A stretch of 64,000 nt of DNA. Origin: an uncultured Verrucomicrobiae bacterium. GTDB taxonomy: Bacteria; Verrucomicrobiota; Verrucomicrobiia; Limisphaerales; Palsa-1400. Every line of letters begins with the position of its first letter. Position 1 is the first letter of the stretch. The position numbers and the translations under genes were made by a program. The notes beneath the pieces were generated by a model that saw only the letters and a program-made list of their open reading frames with translations, ran no database searches and had not been told where the DNA came from. Shown here piece by piece: positions 17,230-27,371 of this stretch. The stretch spans positions 5,920,001-5,984,000 of the forward strand of contig OY969763.1 of NCBI GenBank assembly GCA_963702845.1. Direction: 5' to 3'.

Positions 17230-18036
17230 TCACGGCGCTGCGGCTGCAGCCTTCGATCCATTTGCAGACAGGAGTTCGTCCAATTTGTTTTGGAAGAACT
17301 CGTAGGACTGCGCCCCGAGCGTGACTTGCGACGCTTTCAAAAACGCGCCGTCGTCACTCAACGTTCCAATCAGAAAGGCAGGGGTGCCGTCGACGTGCAA
17401 GCGTTCGGCGGTGGCGACACTTCGTTGAATTGCGACGTCGTATTTGTTGGCACCGATGCAGGCGGCGAATTTGTTCACATCGAGACCAATCGCTTGCGCG
17501 AGGTTGGGGATGTCGGCTTCGGTCATCGGTTGTTGGTGGGCGAACAAGTAGTCGTGCATTTCCCAAAATTTGGCCTGCTCACCGGCGCAGCGGGCGACTT
17601 TTGCTTTGAAGAGCGCGTTGGGATGTTCCGGCAGGGGGAGGTCGCGAAAGAACAGTTTCACTTTGCCGGTATCGGCGTAATTCGCGGTGATTTTGGGAAG
17701 GATTTTGACTGCGTAGTCGGCGCAGAAGGCACAGTCGAAATCGGAATATTGTAGAATGGCGACGCGCGCCTTGGCCTTGCCACGAAAGGGTTCGCCATGA
17801 ACGTTGATGGAGAGAAAGCTGGGCGCTGGCTTTGCCTCAGCGGTGGGCCGTTGCTTTAGGAGTGTTCGAATTTCGTCGAGCTGCTTGAGGATCTGTTCCT
17901 GTCCTTTGCGGAGGTCCTCAATTTGTTCCTGAACCGATTTTGTCGGCGACGTTTTTGCCTCGTCCGCAACAGCAATGGCACACGACGCCATGGCGCAGAT
18001 TAGAAGTAAAAGTGAGACTCGCGTAACGAATAGCAT
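17230..18036 (-). CDS. DsbA/thioredoxin_4 family oxidoreductase
   Basis: 'YSDFDCAFC', 'FRDLPLPEH', 'VDGTPAFLIG'; signal peptide plus coiled coil. Confidence 0.88.
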   Translation of the reverse strand: MLFVTRVSLLLLICAMASCAIAVADEAKTSPTKSVQEQIEDLRKGQEQILKQLDEIRTLLKQRPTAEAKPAPSFLSINVHGEPFRGKAKARVAILQYSDFDCAFCADYAVKILPKITANYADTGKVKLFFRDLPLPEHPNALFKAKVARCAGEQAKFWEMHDYLFAHQQPMTEADIPNLAQAIGLDVNKFAACIGANKYDVAIQRSVATAERLHVDGTPAFLIGTLSDDGAFLKASQVTLGAQSYEFFQNKLDELLSANGSKAAAAAP

Positions 18037-18120
18037 CGAGGAAATCTTATGCACGGAGCAGGCCCAACGCTAGTTGAGAAACTTGCGTTGCCGTGCGATT
18101 TTAAATAAGGAGGGCTCGTT

Positions 18121-18882
18121 ATGTTGAAAACTGTCAACAATTTGCGGAAATATACACTCCATGCGACGGATGGTCTGATTGGAAATATTAAAGACTGTTA
18201 TTTCGACGACGAGCGCTGGACGGTTCGGTATCTGGTCGTTCACACCGGCGCGTGGTTGATGGGTCGGGATGTATTGATTTCGCCCATTGCAGCACGGGGT
18301 TTTAATGAAGATGAAAAGAGTCTCATTGTCGACCTGACCAAAGCGAAGGTGGAGAAGAGCCCAGGAATTGATACTGCGGAACCGATTTCGCGGCTACAGG
18401 AACGCGAGTATTTCCAGTATTATGGATGGCCTTATTATTGGGGCGGACCCGGTGTGTGGGGTTGGGGCGGTGTGCCGGCGCCGGTTATTCCGGTGCCCGA
18501 AGCGGCTCCTCCGCGAGAGTTACCGCATGAGGGCGGCGAGGGGGACGTGCATCTACGCAGCGCGTTAGAAATACACGGCTATCACATCCAGGCGACCGAC
18601 CAGGAAATCGGGCACGTCGAAGATTTCATTTTGGACAACGCGACCTGGACGGTAACGGATTTGTTGATTGATACGCGCAATTGGTGGCCAGGAAAGAAGG
18701 TCTTGATACCCCACGCGCTTGTCCAAAATGTAAGTTGGGTTGACCGAACAATTACTGTTGAGCTCTCAGCAGAACAAATCAGGCAGGCGCCCGAGTACGA
18801 CGCCGATGCCGGATTGAATGCCCAATATCAGCGGGATGTCCGCAAATATTACGAGGGCATGCTCGCTGCGGCGGCGCATTGA
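18121..18882 (+). CDS. PRC-barrel domain protein (two barrels)
   Basis: 'ATDGLIGNIKDCYFDDERWTVRYLVV' and 'ATDQEIGHVEDFILDNATWTV'; AAGGAGG RBS. Confidence 0.88.
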   Translation: MLKTVNNLRKYTLHATDGLIGNIKDCYFDDERWTVRYLVVHTGAWLMGRDVLISPIAARGFNEDEKSLIVDLTKAKVEKSPGIDTAEPISRLQEREYFQYYGWPYYWGGPGVWGWGGVPAPVIPVPEAAPPRELPHEGGEGDVHLRSALEIHGYHIQATDQEIGHVEDFILDNATWTVTDLLIDTRNWWPGKKVLIPHALVQNVSWVDRTITVELSAEQIRQAPEYDADAGLNAQYQRDVRKYYEGMLAAAAH

Positions 18883-20073
18883 TTATTTCAGGTGTTCGTC
18901 GAAAAAGGCCCAGGCGCGATCGCGAGCTTCCGGCACGAAACCGTGCCCGCCTTCGAATGTGAAGAGTTGGAAATTCTCTGGTTTGTTTGCGCGCGCGTAG
19001 ACTGCTTTCACATCGCTGCGCATCCATTCCGTGTCGCCAAGATGCGGGAATATTGAATCCTGTAGTGCTGCGGAAATGAAGAGTGGGCGAGGCGAAATGG
19101 CGGCGAAGAGGTGGTGGAAGTCGATGGGCGTGCCTTGCATGTGGCTTTCAAAGCCGCCAAGTCGCGGGATCAATGCTGTGTTGCGAAACCAGCGGGCCGG
19201 TGTTGGATCCCAGCGGAAGGTTGTAAATCCACAACTTACCACGCCCGCTTTGATGCGCGGATCGAACGCCATCGCAAAGAGCGTTCCGTAGCCACCGTGC
19301 GAATGGCCGATGCAGCCGATCCGCGATGCATCGACTTCCGGCAGCGATTGCAAGTAATCCACGGCGCGCATCGTGTCATCGACCATCTTCGAGAGAATGC
19401 TGCGGCCAGCGTTGCCTTTGTAGATGCGAACGGCATCGCCATAGTGACAATAGAACGTGCCGCCGACCTGATAGCGTTCACCGAAACAAATTACGTCGGG
19501 ACAGAGCGTGACGAAGCCGCGTTCGGCGAGGAGCGGCCCGTATTCCAATTCTGGTTTTAATTCGTCGACGCCAGCGGTTTGGTCTTTGCCGCTGCGGACG
19601 GTTTGATGGAGACAGAGGATGGCAGGGAATTTGTGGGTTTGGGCGCTATCGTTTTTTGGCGATGAGAGGCGGACGAATGAGGCCGAGATTGTTTTTGGAA
19701 TGAAGAGCCAGGCGCGGATGGGTTCTCCAGGGTCGCCGATATATTCAATCTTCTTCCGGGTGAACTTTGGAAATTCTTTTACTTCGAGGACGCGTGCGTG
19801 TAGCGGGCCGGTGTTGCGTGATGATGGGCCGAGCAGATCGCGCCAGGCTTCAAGGATTTGAGTGCGTAAGGCGGGGTTGTTTTTGGGCGCGTCTTTTCCG
19901 TCGATTCGAAAATTGAGAGACGCTTCGTAGTTTGTTTTGCCGGTTTGCGAGGTGCGAATCGCGCATACCTGTTCGGGATGGGTTTTCCGATATTCGTCGT
20001 AATTCCACTGCGCGGGTTCAGCGGCGAAAACTGTGACCGCAATCAAGCCTGTGAAAAGGGTAAGAAGGCGCAT
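18883..20073 (-). CDS. Secreted alpha/beta hydrolase (dienelactone hydrolase/esterase-like)
   Basis: GHSHGG nucleophile elbow; 'AVDYLQSLPEVDASRIG'; C-terminal 'GGHGF'. Confidence 0.85.
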   Translation of the reverse strand: MRLLTLFTGLIAVTVFAAEPAQWNYDEYRKTHPEQVCAIRTSQTGKTNYEASLNFRIDGKDAPKNNPALRTQILEAWRDLLGPSSRNTGPLHARVLEVKEFPKFTRKKIEYIGDPGEPIRAWLFIPKTISASFVRLSSPKNDSAQTHKFPAILCLHQTVRSGKDQTAGVDELKPELEYGPLLAERGFVTLCPDVICFGERYQVGGTFYCHYGDAVRIYKGNAGRSILSKMVDDTMRAVDYLQSLPEVDASRIGCIGHSHGGYGTLFAMAFDPRIKAGVVSCGFTTFRWDPTPARWFRNTALIPRLGGFESHMQGTPIDFHHLFAAISPRPLFISAALQDSIFPHLGDTEWMRSDVKAVYARANKPENFQLFTFEGGHGFVPEARDRAWAFFDEHLK

Positions 20074-20193
20074 TGGCCGAGCATATCACAGAGAAGATTG
20101 GGTGGCAGCAAAGCAATTTCTGTTAAGCAGAAGCCAACAAAGGGTAAGCCGATTCCGCCGAAACCGGCCATTTTTAGCCGTCGTTTGTAAGAG

Positions 20194-22722
20194 ATGTTAG
20201 AGACGGTTCCATCACGCACTCAGCATTCCCGGGCCGAGCAATGTTTTCATTGCGGCGAGCCGGTCGGGAAAGGGCGGTTTGCGTACGAAAGTAAAGCGTT
20301 CTGTTGCCAGGGATGCATGACTGTTTTTCAATTGCTGACGGAAAACGGGCTTGAGGATTTTTATTCTATGAGCGACGCAGCCGGGGTGCGTATCACCGGT
20401 CCCGTCGGAAATGGCCGCTTCGCTTATCTCGATGATGCGGCGGTTCGCGCGAAGTTGGTGGATTACTCCGATGACAAGATCACGAAGGTGACGTTCCGCG
20501 CGCCATCCATGCATTGTATTGCGTGTGTCTGGTTGCTCGAAAACTTGTTTCGGCTGAAGTCGGGCATTGCCGAATCGCGTGTGCGGTTTTTGCAGAAGGA
20601 AGTGGCGATGACGTTCGACACGGCGCGGGTGAAGCTCAGTGAGGTCGTGACGTTGCTGACGTCGTTGGGTTATGAACCGGAGCTGAAACTTTCAGACCTC
20701 GACAAGAAACAGACCAGCCCAGTGGCGCGCCGATTGTGGATGCAAATCGGGTTCGCGGGTTTTGCGTTCGGCAACATCATGTTGATGAGTTTGTCGTCCT
20801 ACTTCGGGTTGGACGCGTTTGAGGCGGCGTGGTTCAAACCGTTCTTAGGTTACGTGAGCCTCGCACTGGTGTTGCCGGTGGTTTTTTTCAGCGCGGCGGA
20901 TTATTGGAAGGCGGCTTGGCGCAGTATTTGGCAACGAAGCATTTCGTTGGATGTTCCGATCGCGGTTGGCGTCGCGGCGTTGTTTGCGGAGAGTGCTTTT
21001 GAAGTGGTGAGTGGGCGTGGGGATGGTTACTGCGATTCACTGGCTGGGCTGCTGTTTTTTCTGCTGAGCGGGAAATTGTTTCAGCAAAAGATTTTTGATC
21101 GGCTGGCGTTTGATCGGGATTACAAATCGTTTTTCCCTCTGTCGGTGACACGTCGGGACGGAGAGCGCGACGAGCACTGTTCGCTTTCACAGTTGCGCGT
21201 CGGTGATCGGCTGGTGCTTCGTCATGGTGAATTGATTCCAGCGGACGCGCGGCTTGTATCTGGAGGCGCGGTGGTCGATTACAGCTTCGTTACCGGTGAA
21301 TCGGCGCCGGTTGAAAAGTGTGCCGGGGAGCATCTTTTTGCCGGTGGTCGGCAGGCGGGCGGGACCATCGAAATCCAAACCGTTAAAGAGGTTTCGCAAA
21401 GTTACCTTACATCGCTCTGGAACCAGAAGCCGTTCCAGAAAGAGAAGAGCACGACGCTAGATTCGCTCACAAACCAATATAGTCGCCGGTTCACGAAAAT
21501 TGTTTTCGGGATTGCGATTGCGGCGGGGTTGTTCTGGAGTTTTAGCAACGCGGGAAAAGCGATCAATGCGTTCACCGCAGTGTTGATCGTTGCGTGTCCT
21601 TGTGCGCTGGCGCTGGCGGCGCCATTTGCCTTGGGCGCGGCGCAACGATTCCTGGCGCGCAAAAATATTTTTCTGAAGAACACGGGCGTGCTCGAAACAC
21701 TGGCGCGTGTTGATCACATCGTATTTGACAAAACCGGGACACTTACGTCGGCAGGAGCGGGGGAGGTTCGTTTTTGTGGAGGTTCGTTAACGACGCAGGA
21801 GCGGCAATGGATTGGTGCGTTGACGCAGGACTCGACTCATCCTTACGCAACGCGGATTTGTGAAACGCTGCCGAACAGCAATGTCAGCGTTCGTTCGTTC
21901 TCGGAGACCGCCGGGTGCGGAATCACGGGGACGATCGGCGGGACGCGCATCGAAATGGGGTCGCGCGTTTGGCTCGAACAAAGCGGAATCTGCGTTCCGC
22001 AAAATGATCAGGCAGGTAGCCAGGTGCATGTGGCTATTGGCGGTGTTTATCGTGGGACTTTTGTTCTCACCAGCGCTTTACGGCCGCAAACGACGCGCAT
22101 GATTGAGAGCGTTCGTTGCAAAATGACTTTGCTGAGCGGCGACAATGAGAAGGAGCGGGCTTTGTTTGCCACGGTTTTCGGCAATGCAGAAATGCGTTTC
22201 AACCAAAGCCCGCACGACAAGCTGACCTACATCGGCGACATGCAGGCGAATGGGCGCACGGTAATGATGGTGGGCGATGGATTGAATGATGCCGGGGCTC
22301 TGAAGCAGAGCGATGTGGGCGTCGCGGTGGTTGAGAACGTGAACGCGTTTTCACCGGCGAGTGATGTGATTGTTTCGGGAGATGTGGTGCCGCGGTTGGA
22401 TAAGGTTTTGGAATTTGCAAAGAGCTGCGTGCGGATTGTGAGGTGGAGTTTCGTTGTTTCCGCGCTTTACAACATTGTTGGTCTGGCGATTGCGGCGCGC
22501 GCAGAACTGTCGCCGGTGATTTGCGCGGTGTTGATGCCGATGAGTTCGTTGACGGTGGTTTTGTTTGCGTGTGGGGCGGTGACATTGGCGGCGAAGAAGT
22601 TGAATTCTTCAGAGTGCGCCCGTCCTCGGGCGCAGCAACGTATCGCGCGAGGAACTTCGGACCTTGCTGCGGCCGAGGACGGACGCACTCCGGCATTGCG
22701 TTACGCGGAGGTGGTGCAATGA
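20194..22722 (+). CDS. ccoI: Cu-translocating P1B ATPase for cbb3 assembly (CcoI/FixI)
   Basis: CFHCG/CCQGC N-terminus, CIAC HMA, TGES, CPC, DKTGT, GDGLND; first gene of the cco operon. Confidence 0.92.
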   Translation: MLETVPSRTQHSRAEQCFHCGEPVGKGRFAYESKAFCCQGCMTVFQLLTENGLEDFYSMSDAAGVRITGPVGNGRFAYLDDAAVRAKLVDYSDDKITKVTFRAPSMHCIACVWLLENLFRLKSGIAESRVRFLQKEVAMTFDTARVKLSEVVTLLTSLGYEPELKLSDLDKKQTSPVARRLWMQIGFAGFAFGNIMLMSLSSYFGLDAFEAAWFKPFLGYVSLALVLPVVFFSAADYWKAAWRSIWQRSISLDVPIAVGVAALFAESAFEVVSGRGDGYCDSLAGLLFFLLSGKLFQQKIFDRLAFDRDYKSFFPLSVTRRDGERDEHCSLSQLRVGDRLVLRHGELIPADARLVSGGAVVDYSFVTGESAPVEKCAGEHLFAGGRQAGGTIEIQTVKEVSQSYLTSLWNQKPFQKEKSTTLDSLTNQYSRRFTKIVFGIAIAAGLFWSFSNAGKAINAFTAVLIVACPCALALAAPFALGAAQRFLARKNIFLKNTGVLETLARVDHIVFDKTGTLTSAGAGEVRFCGGSLTTQERQWIGALTQDSTHPYATRICETLPNSNVSVRSFSETAGCGITGTIGGTRIEMGSRVWLEQSGICVPQNDQAGSQVHVAIGGVYRGTFVLTSALRPQTTRMIESVRCKMTLLSGDNEKERALFATVFGNAEMRFNQSPHDKLTYIGDMQANGRTVMMVGDGLNDAGALKQSDVGVAVVENVNAFSPASDVIVSGDVVPRLDKVLEFAKSCVRIVRWSFVVSALYNIVGLAIAARAELSPVICAVLMPMSSLTVVLFACGAVTLAAKKLNSSECARPRAQQRIARGTSDLAAAEDGRTPALRYAEVVQ
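22612..22690. repeat. Palindromic REP-pair-like element inside the ccoI 3' end
   Basis: 27-bp arms at 22612-22638 and 22664-22690, 25/27 complementary; read in frame. Confidence 0.8.
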
Positions 22723-22904
22723 ACGTCATTTTTCTTCTTATCCCTTTAAGCATTTTGCTCGCGGGTTGTTTTCTTGGGGCATTCATCTGGGCGATTCGTT
22801 CCGGCCAATACGAAGACACGTGCACGCCATCAATGCGGCTGCTCGCTGACGAGCCGAAGCAAAAATCCAAGCAATTTCGAGGCGAAGCCTCAGTAAAAGA
22901 TTAA
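22719..22904 (+). CDS. ccoS: cbb3 oxidase maturation protein CcoS
   Basis: 'MNVIFLLIPLS...FIWAIRSGQYED..TPSMRLL'; ATGA overlap with ccoI. Confidence 0.9.
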   Translation: MNVIFLLIPLSILLAGCFLGAFIWAIRSGQYEDTCTPSMRLLADEPKQKSKQFRGEASVKD

Positions 22905-22906
22905 CT

Positions 22907-25090
22907 ATGAGCCAAACAACAACAGCACCCTTAACTTCGGCCGCGACGCGGATCGAGACGTTTAAGTACGACAATCGGATCGTGCGCGCGTTCGCGATTG
23001 CAACGGTCATCTGGGGAATCGTCGGTATGCTCGCGGGGTTAACCGCCGCGATCCAACTTTTCTACCCCGCCGCGAACCTTAACCTGCAATACGTCACATT
23101 CGGAAGATTGCGACCACTGCACACCAACGCGGTGATTTTCGCGTTCGTCGGCAACGGTATGTTCATGGGAATTTACTATTCGCTGCAGCGTCTGTGCAAA
23201 GCGCGGATGTTCAGCGACGTGCTCTCGTGGATAAATTTCTGGGGGTGGAACGCGATTATCGTCGCCGCTGCCATCACGCTGCCGCTGGGGTTAACAACAA
23301 GTAAAGAATACGCGGAGCTGGAGTGGCCGATCGATATCGCCATCGCGGTTGTATGGGTGGTTTTTACGGTCAACCTGCTTGGGACGATTATCAAACGCCG
23401 CGAGAAACATCTCTACGTTGCAATTTGGTTTTATATTGCGACGGCAATCACGGTGGCGCTGTTGCATATCGTGAACTCTTTGGAAGTTCCGGCTGGCGCG
23501 TTCAAGAGTTACTCGATTTACGCCGGTGTGCAAGATGCGCTGGTGCAATGGTGGTATGGACACAACGCGGTCGCGTTCTTCCTCACGACGCCCTATCTCG
23601 GCTTGATGTATTATTTCCTGCCGAAAGCGGCGAACCGTCCCGTGTTTTCGTATCGGCTTTCGATCATCCACTTTTGGGCGTTGATCTTTGTGTATATCTG
23701 GGCTGGGCCGCATCACTTACTCTATACCGCCTTGCCCGATTGGGCGCAGTCGCTGGGCATGGCGTTCTCGGTCATGCTCGTGGCTCCGTCGTGGGGCGGT
23801 ATGTTAAACGGGTTGCTCACGTTGCGTGGCGCGTGGGACAAGGTTCGTCAGGATCCGATGCTAAAATTCATGGTCGTGGCCGTGACTGCTTACGGGATGG
23901 CGACACTTGAGGGCCCGATGCTTGCCATCAAAAGCGTCAATTCACTCTCGCACTATACCGATTGGACGATTGCACATGTTCACACTGGCGCGCTCGGTTG
24001 GAACGGTTTCCTGACCTTCAGCATGTTGTATTGGCTTATTCCACGGCTCTACGACACGAAGTTGTGGTCGACGAAGCTTGCGAATTACCATTTCTGGGTC
24101 GCGCTGCTCGGCATGGTTTTCTATGTCGTGCCGATGTATTGGAGCGGCATCACGCAAGGCGTGATGTGGAAGCAATTCACGGCTGACGGCTTCCTGCAAT
24201 ACCCGAATTTCCTTACGACGGTCTTGCAGATTGTCCCGATGTATCGCCTGCGTGCTATCGGCGGCACTCTCTATCTCATTGGCGCGTTCATGATGGCTTA
24301 CAATTTGTGGAAGACTGCGCGTGCGGGAAGTTTTGTTCCTGAACAGGAGGTGCAAGTTGCGGTGGCGGCCCCAGCCGTTAAGGAAGATAAACGTTGGACA
24401 CATCGCTGGCTTGAAGCCAAGCCGATGACCCTGACCGCGCTTGCGTTCGTTGCGGTGCTCATCGGTGGCGCGCTCGAAATCATTCCGATGATTCTGGTGA
24501 AAGAGAACGTGCCGGTGATTGCGAGCGTTAAGCCTTACACACCGCTCGAAGTCCTCGGGCGTGACATTTATATCCGCGAGGGCTGCGTTGGTTGTCATTC
24601 GCAAATGATTCGTCCGTTCCGCTCTGAAACGGAACGTTACGGTGAATACTCGAAGGCTGGGGAATTTGTTTACGATCACCCGTTCTTGTGGGGTTCGAAA
24701 CGGACTGGACCCGATTTGCATCGCATCGGCGGACGTTATCCGGACGCGTGGCACTACAATCACTTGGATGATCCGCGAAGCACTTCACCTGGATCGATCA
24801 TGCCGCGTTATCCCTGGTTGCTGACACAGAAGCTCGACACCGATTGTTTGCCGGCGCGTATTGGAGCGTTGCGCAAAGTGGGCGTGCCGTATCCGGCGGG
24901 TTACGAGGGTAAGGCGCTTGGCGAATTAAAGGCGCAAGCCAATACCATCGTCAACAACCTAAAGGGCGGCCAGGTCACCACTGAGGCGGACAAAGAAATC
25001 GTTGCAGTCATCGCGTATCTGCAACGGCTCGGGACCGATATCAAGGCGAGCCCGAAAGCGGCTCTAACCAACTCAACCGCGAGCAACTGA
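22907..25090 (+). CDS. ccoNO: cbb3 cytochrome c oxidase fused subunits I/II
   Basis: 'GRLRPLHTNAVIF', 'QWWYGHNAV', 'WAGPHHL', then 'EGCVGCHSQMIRP', 'WGSKRTGPDL'. Confidence 0.95.
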   Translation: MSQTTTAPLTSAATRIETFKYDNRIVRAFAIATVIWGIVGMLAGLTAAIQLFYPAANLNLQYVTFGRLRPLHTNAVIFAFVGNGMFMGIYYSLQRLCKARMFSDVLSWINFWGWNAIIVAAAITLPLGLTTSKEYAELEWPIDIAIAVVWVVFTVNLLGTIIKRREKHLYVAIWFYIATAITVALLHIVNSLEVPAGAFKSYSIYAGVQDALVQWWYGHNAVAFFLTTPYLGLMYYFLPKAANRPVFSYRLSIIHFWALIFVYIWAGPHHLLYTALPDWAQSLGMAFSVMLVAPSWGGMLNGLLTLRGAWDKVRQDPMLKFMVVAVTAYGMATLEGPMLAIKSVNSLSHYTDWTIAHVHTGALGWNGFLTFSMLYWLIPRLYDTKLWSTKLANYHFWVALLGMVFYVVPMYWSGITQGVMWKQFTADGFLQYPNFLTTVLQIVPMYRLRAIGGTLYLIGAFMMAYNLWKTARAGSFVPEQEVQVAVAAPAVKEDKRWTHRWLEAKPMTLTALAFVAVLIGGALEIIPMILVKENVPVIASVKPYTPLEVLGRDIYIREGCVGCHSQMIRPFRSETERYGEYSKAGEFVYDHPFLWGSKRTGPDLHRIGGRYPDAWHYNHLDDPRSTSPGSIMPRYPWLLTQKLDTDCLPARIGALRKVGVPYPAGYEGKALGELKAQANTIVNNLKGGQVTTEADKEIVAVIAYLQRLGTDIKASPKAALTNSTASN

Positions 25091-25094
25091 TTTT

Positions 25095-25286
25095 ATGATT
25101 CACAAATTCATTGAAAGCGTCGGCGGCGTCGGCGCATTCGGCACGATTTCCGTTTGTCTTTTCGGAATGGTTTTCACTGGTGCGCTTATCTGGGCGTGGC
25201 GGCAGAACAAAATGTTTCTCAACAAAATGAGTGCAATGCCATTGGAAGAAGAGACCGCCTCGCGCGTGGGCAAAGGAGCGAATTAA
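25095..25286 (+). CDS. ccoQ: cbb3 oxidase subunit CcoQ-like
   Basis: Single TM, ends 'MSAMPLEE'; lies between ccoNO and ccoP. Confidence 0.75.
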   Translation: MIHKFIESVGGVGAFGTISVCLFGMVFTGALIWAWRQNKMFLNKMSAMPLEEETASRVGKGAN

Positions 25287-25287
25287 T

Positions 25288-25872
25288 ATGAGCGAAGAAA
25301 GAGACCCATTATTGCTCGACCACGAAATTGACGGCATCCAGGAGTTGGACAATAACCTGCCGCGTTGGTGGGTGTGGCTGTTCGTGTTGTCGACGGTATT
25401 CGCGTTCGTTTACATGATGTATTACCACGTGCTGCGCGTTGGTGACTTGCAAGCGGTGGAATATGCCAAGGAAGCGAAAGCGGGTGACGCGATCAAGGCC
25501 ACGGCGCTTGCGAAATTTGAAACGTCGATCGCGACGCTTGAACCGTCGAAAGATGAAGCCGTTCTCAACAGTGGAAAAACAGTTTTCATGCGGATGTGCG
25601 CTCCCTGTCACCGGGCTGACGCCGGTGGTTTGGTGGGACCGAATTTGTGCGATGACTATTGGATCCACGGCTCGGCCTTTTCTGATAACCTGAAGGTAAT
25701 CGTCAACGGCGTGCCGCAGAAAGGTATGTTGACCTGGAAAGGCATTCTCAAACCGAACGAGATTCACGCCGTGGCAAGTTACATCTATACCCTGCGCGGG
25801 ACGCATCCGGTGAATCCGAAGCCACCGGAGAATCAACAAACGGCACCGGCTGGTCCGAGTGTGTATGAGTGA
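25288..25872 (+). CDS. ccoP: cbb3 oxidase subunit III (monoheme CcoP)
   Basis: 'HEIDGIQELDNNLPRWW', one CAPCH, 'GPNLCDDYWIHG'. Confidence 0.92.
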   Translation: MSEERDPLLLDHEIDGIQELDNNLPRWWVWLFVLSTVFAFVYMMYYHVLRVGDLQAVEYAKEAKAGDAIKATALAKFETSIATLEPSKDEAVLNSGKTVFMRMCAPCHRADAGGLVGPNLCDDYWIHGSAFSDNLKVIVNGVPQKGMLTWKGILKPNEIHAVASYIYTLRGTHPVNPKPPENQQTAPAGPSVYE

Positions 25873-27370
25873 TTCGCCTGGAATTGCGAAAACGATTTTG
25901 CCGACGCCCCGTCGTGAGACGGAGAGGTCGGGCGCGTGGGGCCCGGAGTTCTCGTTAGATCCTCTGGACCCGAAGGATTTTCGCAATCACCTTGCGACTG
26001 CCGACGCAAAAGGCAAACGCAAATGGGTGTATGCGAAACAGCCGAAGGGTGCGCTGTATAAACTGCGCACGATCGTGAGCCTTGCGCTGCTTGCGATAAT
26101 GTTTGGTGGCCCGTTCGTCAAAATTAACGGCAATCCCTTGCTGTTGCTTAACATCGTTCAGGCGAAGTTCGTCATCCTTGGCCATATTTTTTGGCCGCAA
26201 GACGCGGCGATTTTTGCGGTGGCGCTGCTGCTCTTCATTACGAGCATTATTATTTTCACTGCTGCTTTTGGCCGGCTCTGGTGTGGATGGACTTGTCCGC
26301 AAACGTTGCTGATGGAAATGGTTTTCCGCCGGATTGAATATTGGATCGAAGGCGATAATCACGCCCAACGTGCTGCGGCAAAAAATCCGACGCCGAGAAC
26401 AATGGCGAGGAAGATTTTGAAGCATGCAGTCTTCGTGCTGCTTTCGTTCGTGATCGGCAATACACTGCTGAGTTACTTCATCGGGATTGGCCAACTGAAG
26501 GCCATCATCACTGACAACCCGTTGAACCATGTGTCAGGGCTGACTTTCATGCTGCTATTCACTGCGGTGTTCTATTTGATCTTCGCCTGTTTTCGCGAAC
26601 AAGCCTGCACTTATATTTGTCCATACGGCCGTTTCCAGTCCGCGCTTCTTGACGAGAATACGATGTTGGTCATCTACGACTATCGGCGCGGGGAGGGGCG
26701 CAAGCACTTGAAACACGGCGAAACGTTCGATGGCCGGCATGAGCACGGTCTTGGCGATTGTATTGACTGTCGCTCTTGCGTGACTGTTTGCCCGGCTGGC
26801 ATCGATATTCGGAACGGGACGCAAATGGAATGTGTCAACTGCACCGCATGCATCGACGCGTGTAATACAGTTTCTGACCGAATCGGACGCCCGCGCCAGC
26901 TTATTCGTTGGGCGTCCCAAAACACGGTCGAGCACGGGACGAAGTTTAAGTTCACACCACGTATGGCCGGCTACGCTGCCGTGGTGACAATCCTCGCAGG
27001 TGTTCTCGCTTTTCTCGTGTTCACGCGCACGGATGTTGAAGCGACGTTCCTTCGTGCACCTGGGGCGATGTTCCAACAATTGCCCGGTGGGAAAATTGAA
27101 AACCTCTATACCGTTCAACTCATAAATAAGACGTCTCGCGACATGGTCGCTGAAATTAAGCTACTCAGCGGCAATGGCGAACTGCAGGTCATGGGCACTA
27201 ATCCTATTCGTGTTCCGAAAGAGAAACTCGCTGAAACATCTGTCCTCATTCAATTGCCGGCGCGCGTCCTTGAGGACGGAAAGAAGAATTTAAAAGTTGG
27301 CATATTCGCCAATGGCAAACTTTTGCAAACCGTGAATACCAGCTTTGTCGGCCCGCGCGATGGTCACTAA
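25865..27370 (+). CDS. ccoG: CcoG/FixG accessory 4Fe-4S protein
   Basis: 'GRLWCGWTCPQT', 'CTYICPYGRFQS', 'CIDCRSCVTVCP', 'CVNCTACIDAC'. Confidence 0.93.
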   Translation: MSDSPGIAKTILPTPRRETERSGAWGPEFSLDPLDPKDFRNHLATADAKGKRKWVYAKQPKGALYKLRTIVSLALLAIMFGGPFVKINGNPLLLLNIVQAKFVILGHIFWPQDAAIFAVALLLFITSIIIFTAAFGRLWCGWTCPQTLLMEMVFRRIEYWIEGDNHAQRAAAKNPTPRTMARKILKHAVFVLLSFVIGNTLLSYFIGIGQLKAIITDNPLNHVSGLTFMLLFTAVFYLIFACFREQACTYICPYGRFQSALLDENTMLVIYDYRRGEGRKHLKHGETFDGRHEHGLGDCIDCRSCVTVCPAGIDIRNGTQMECVNCTACIDACNTVSDRIGRPRQLIRWASQNTVEHGTKFKFTPRMAGYAAVVTILAGVLAFLVFTRTDVEATFLRAPGAMFQQLPGGKIENLYTVQLINKTSRDMVAEIKLLSGNGELQVMGTNPIRVPKEKLAETSVLIQLPARVLEDGKKNLKVGIFANGKLLQTVNTSFVGPRDGH

Positions 27371-27371
27371 A

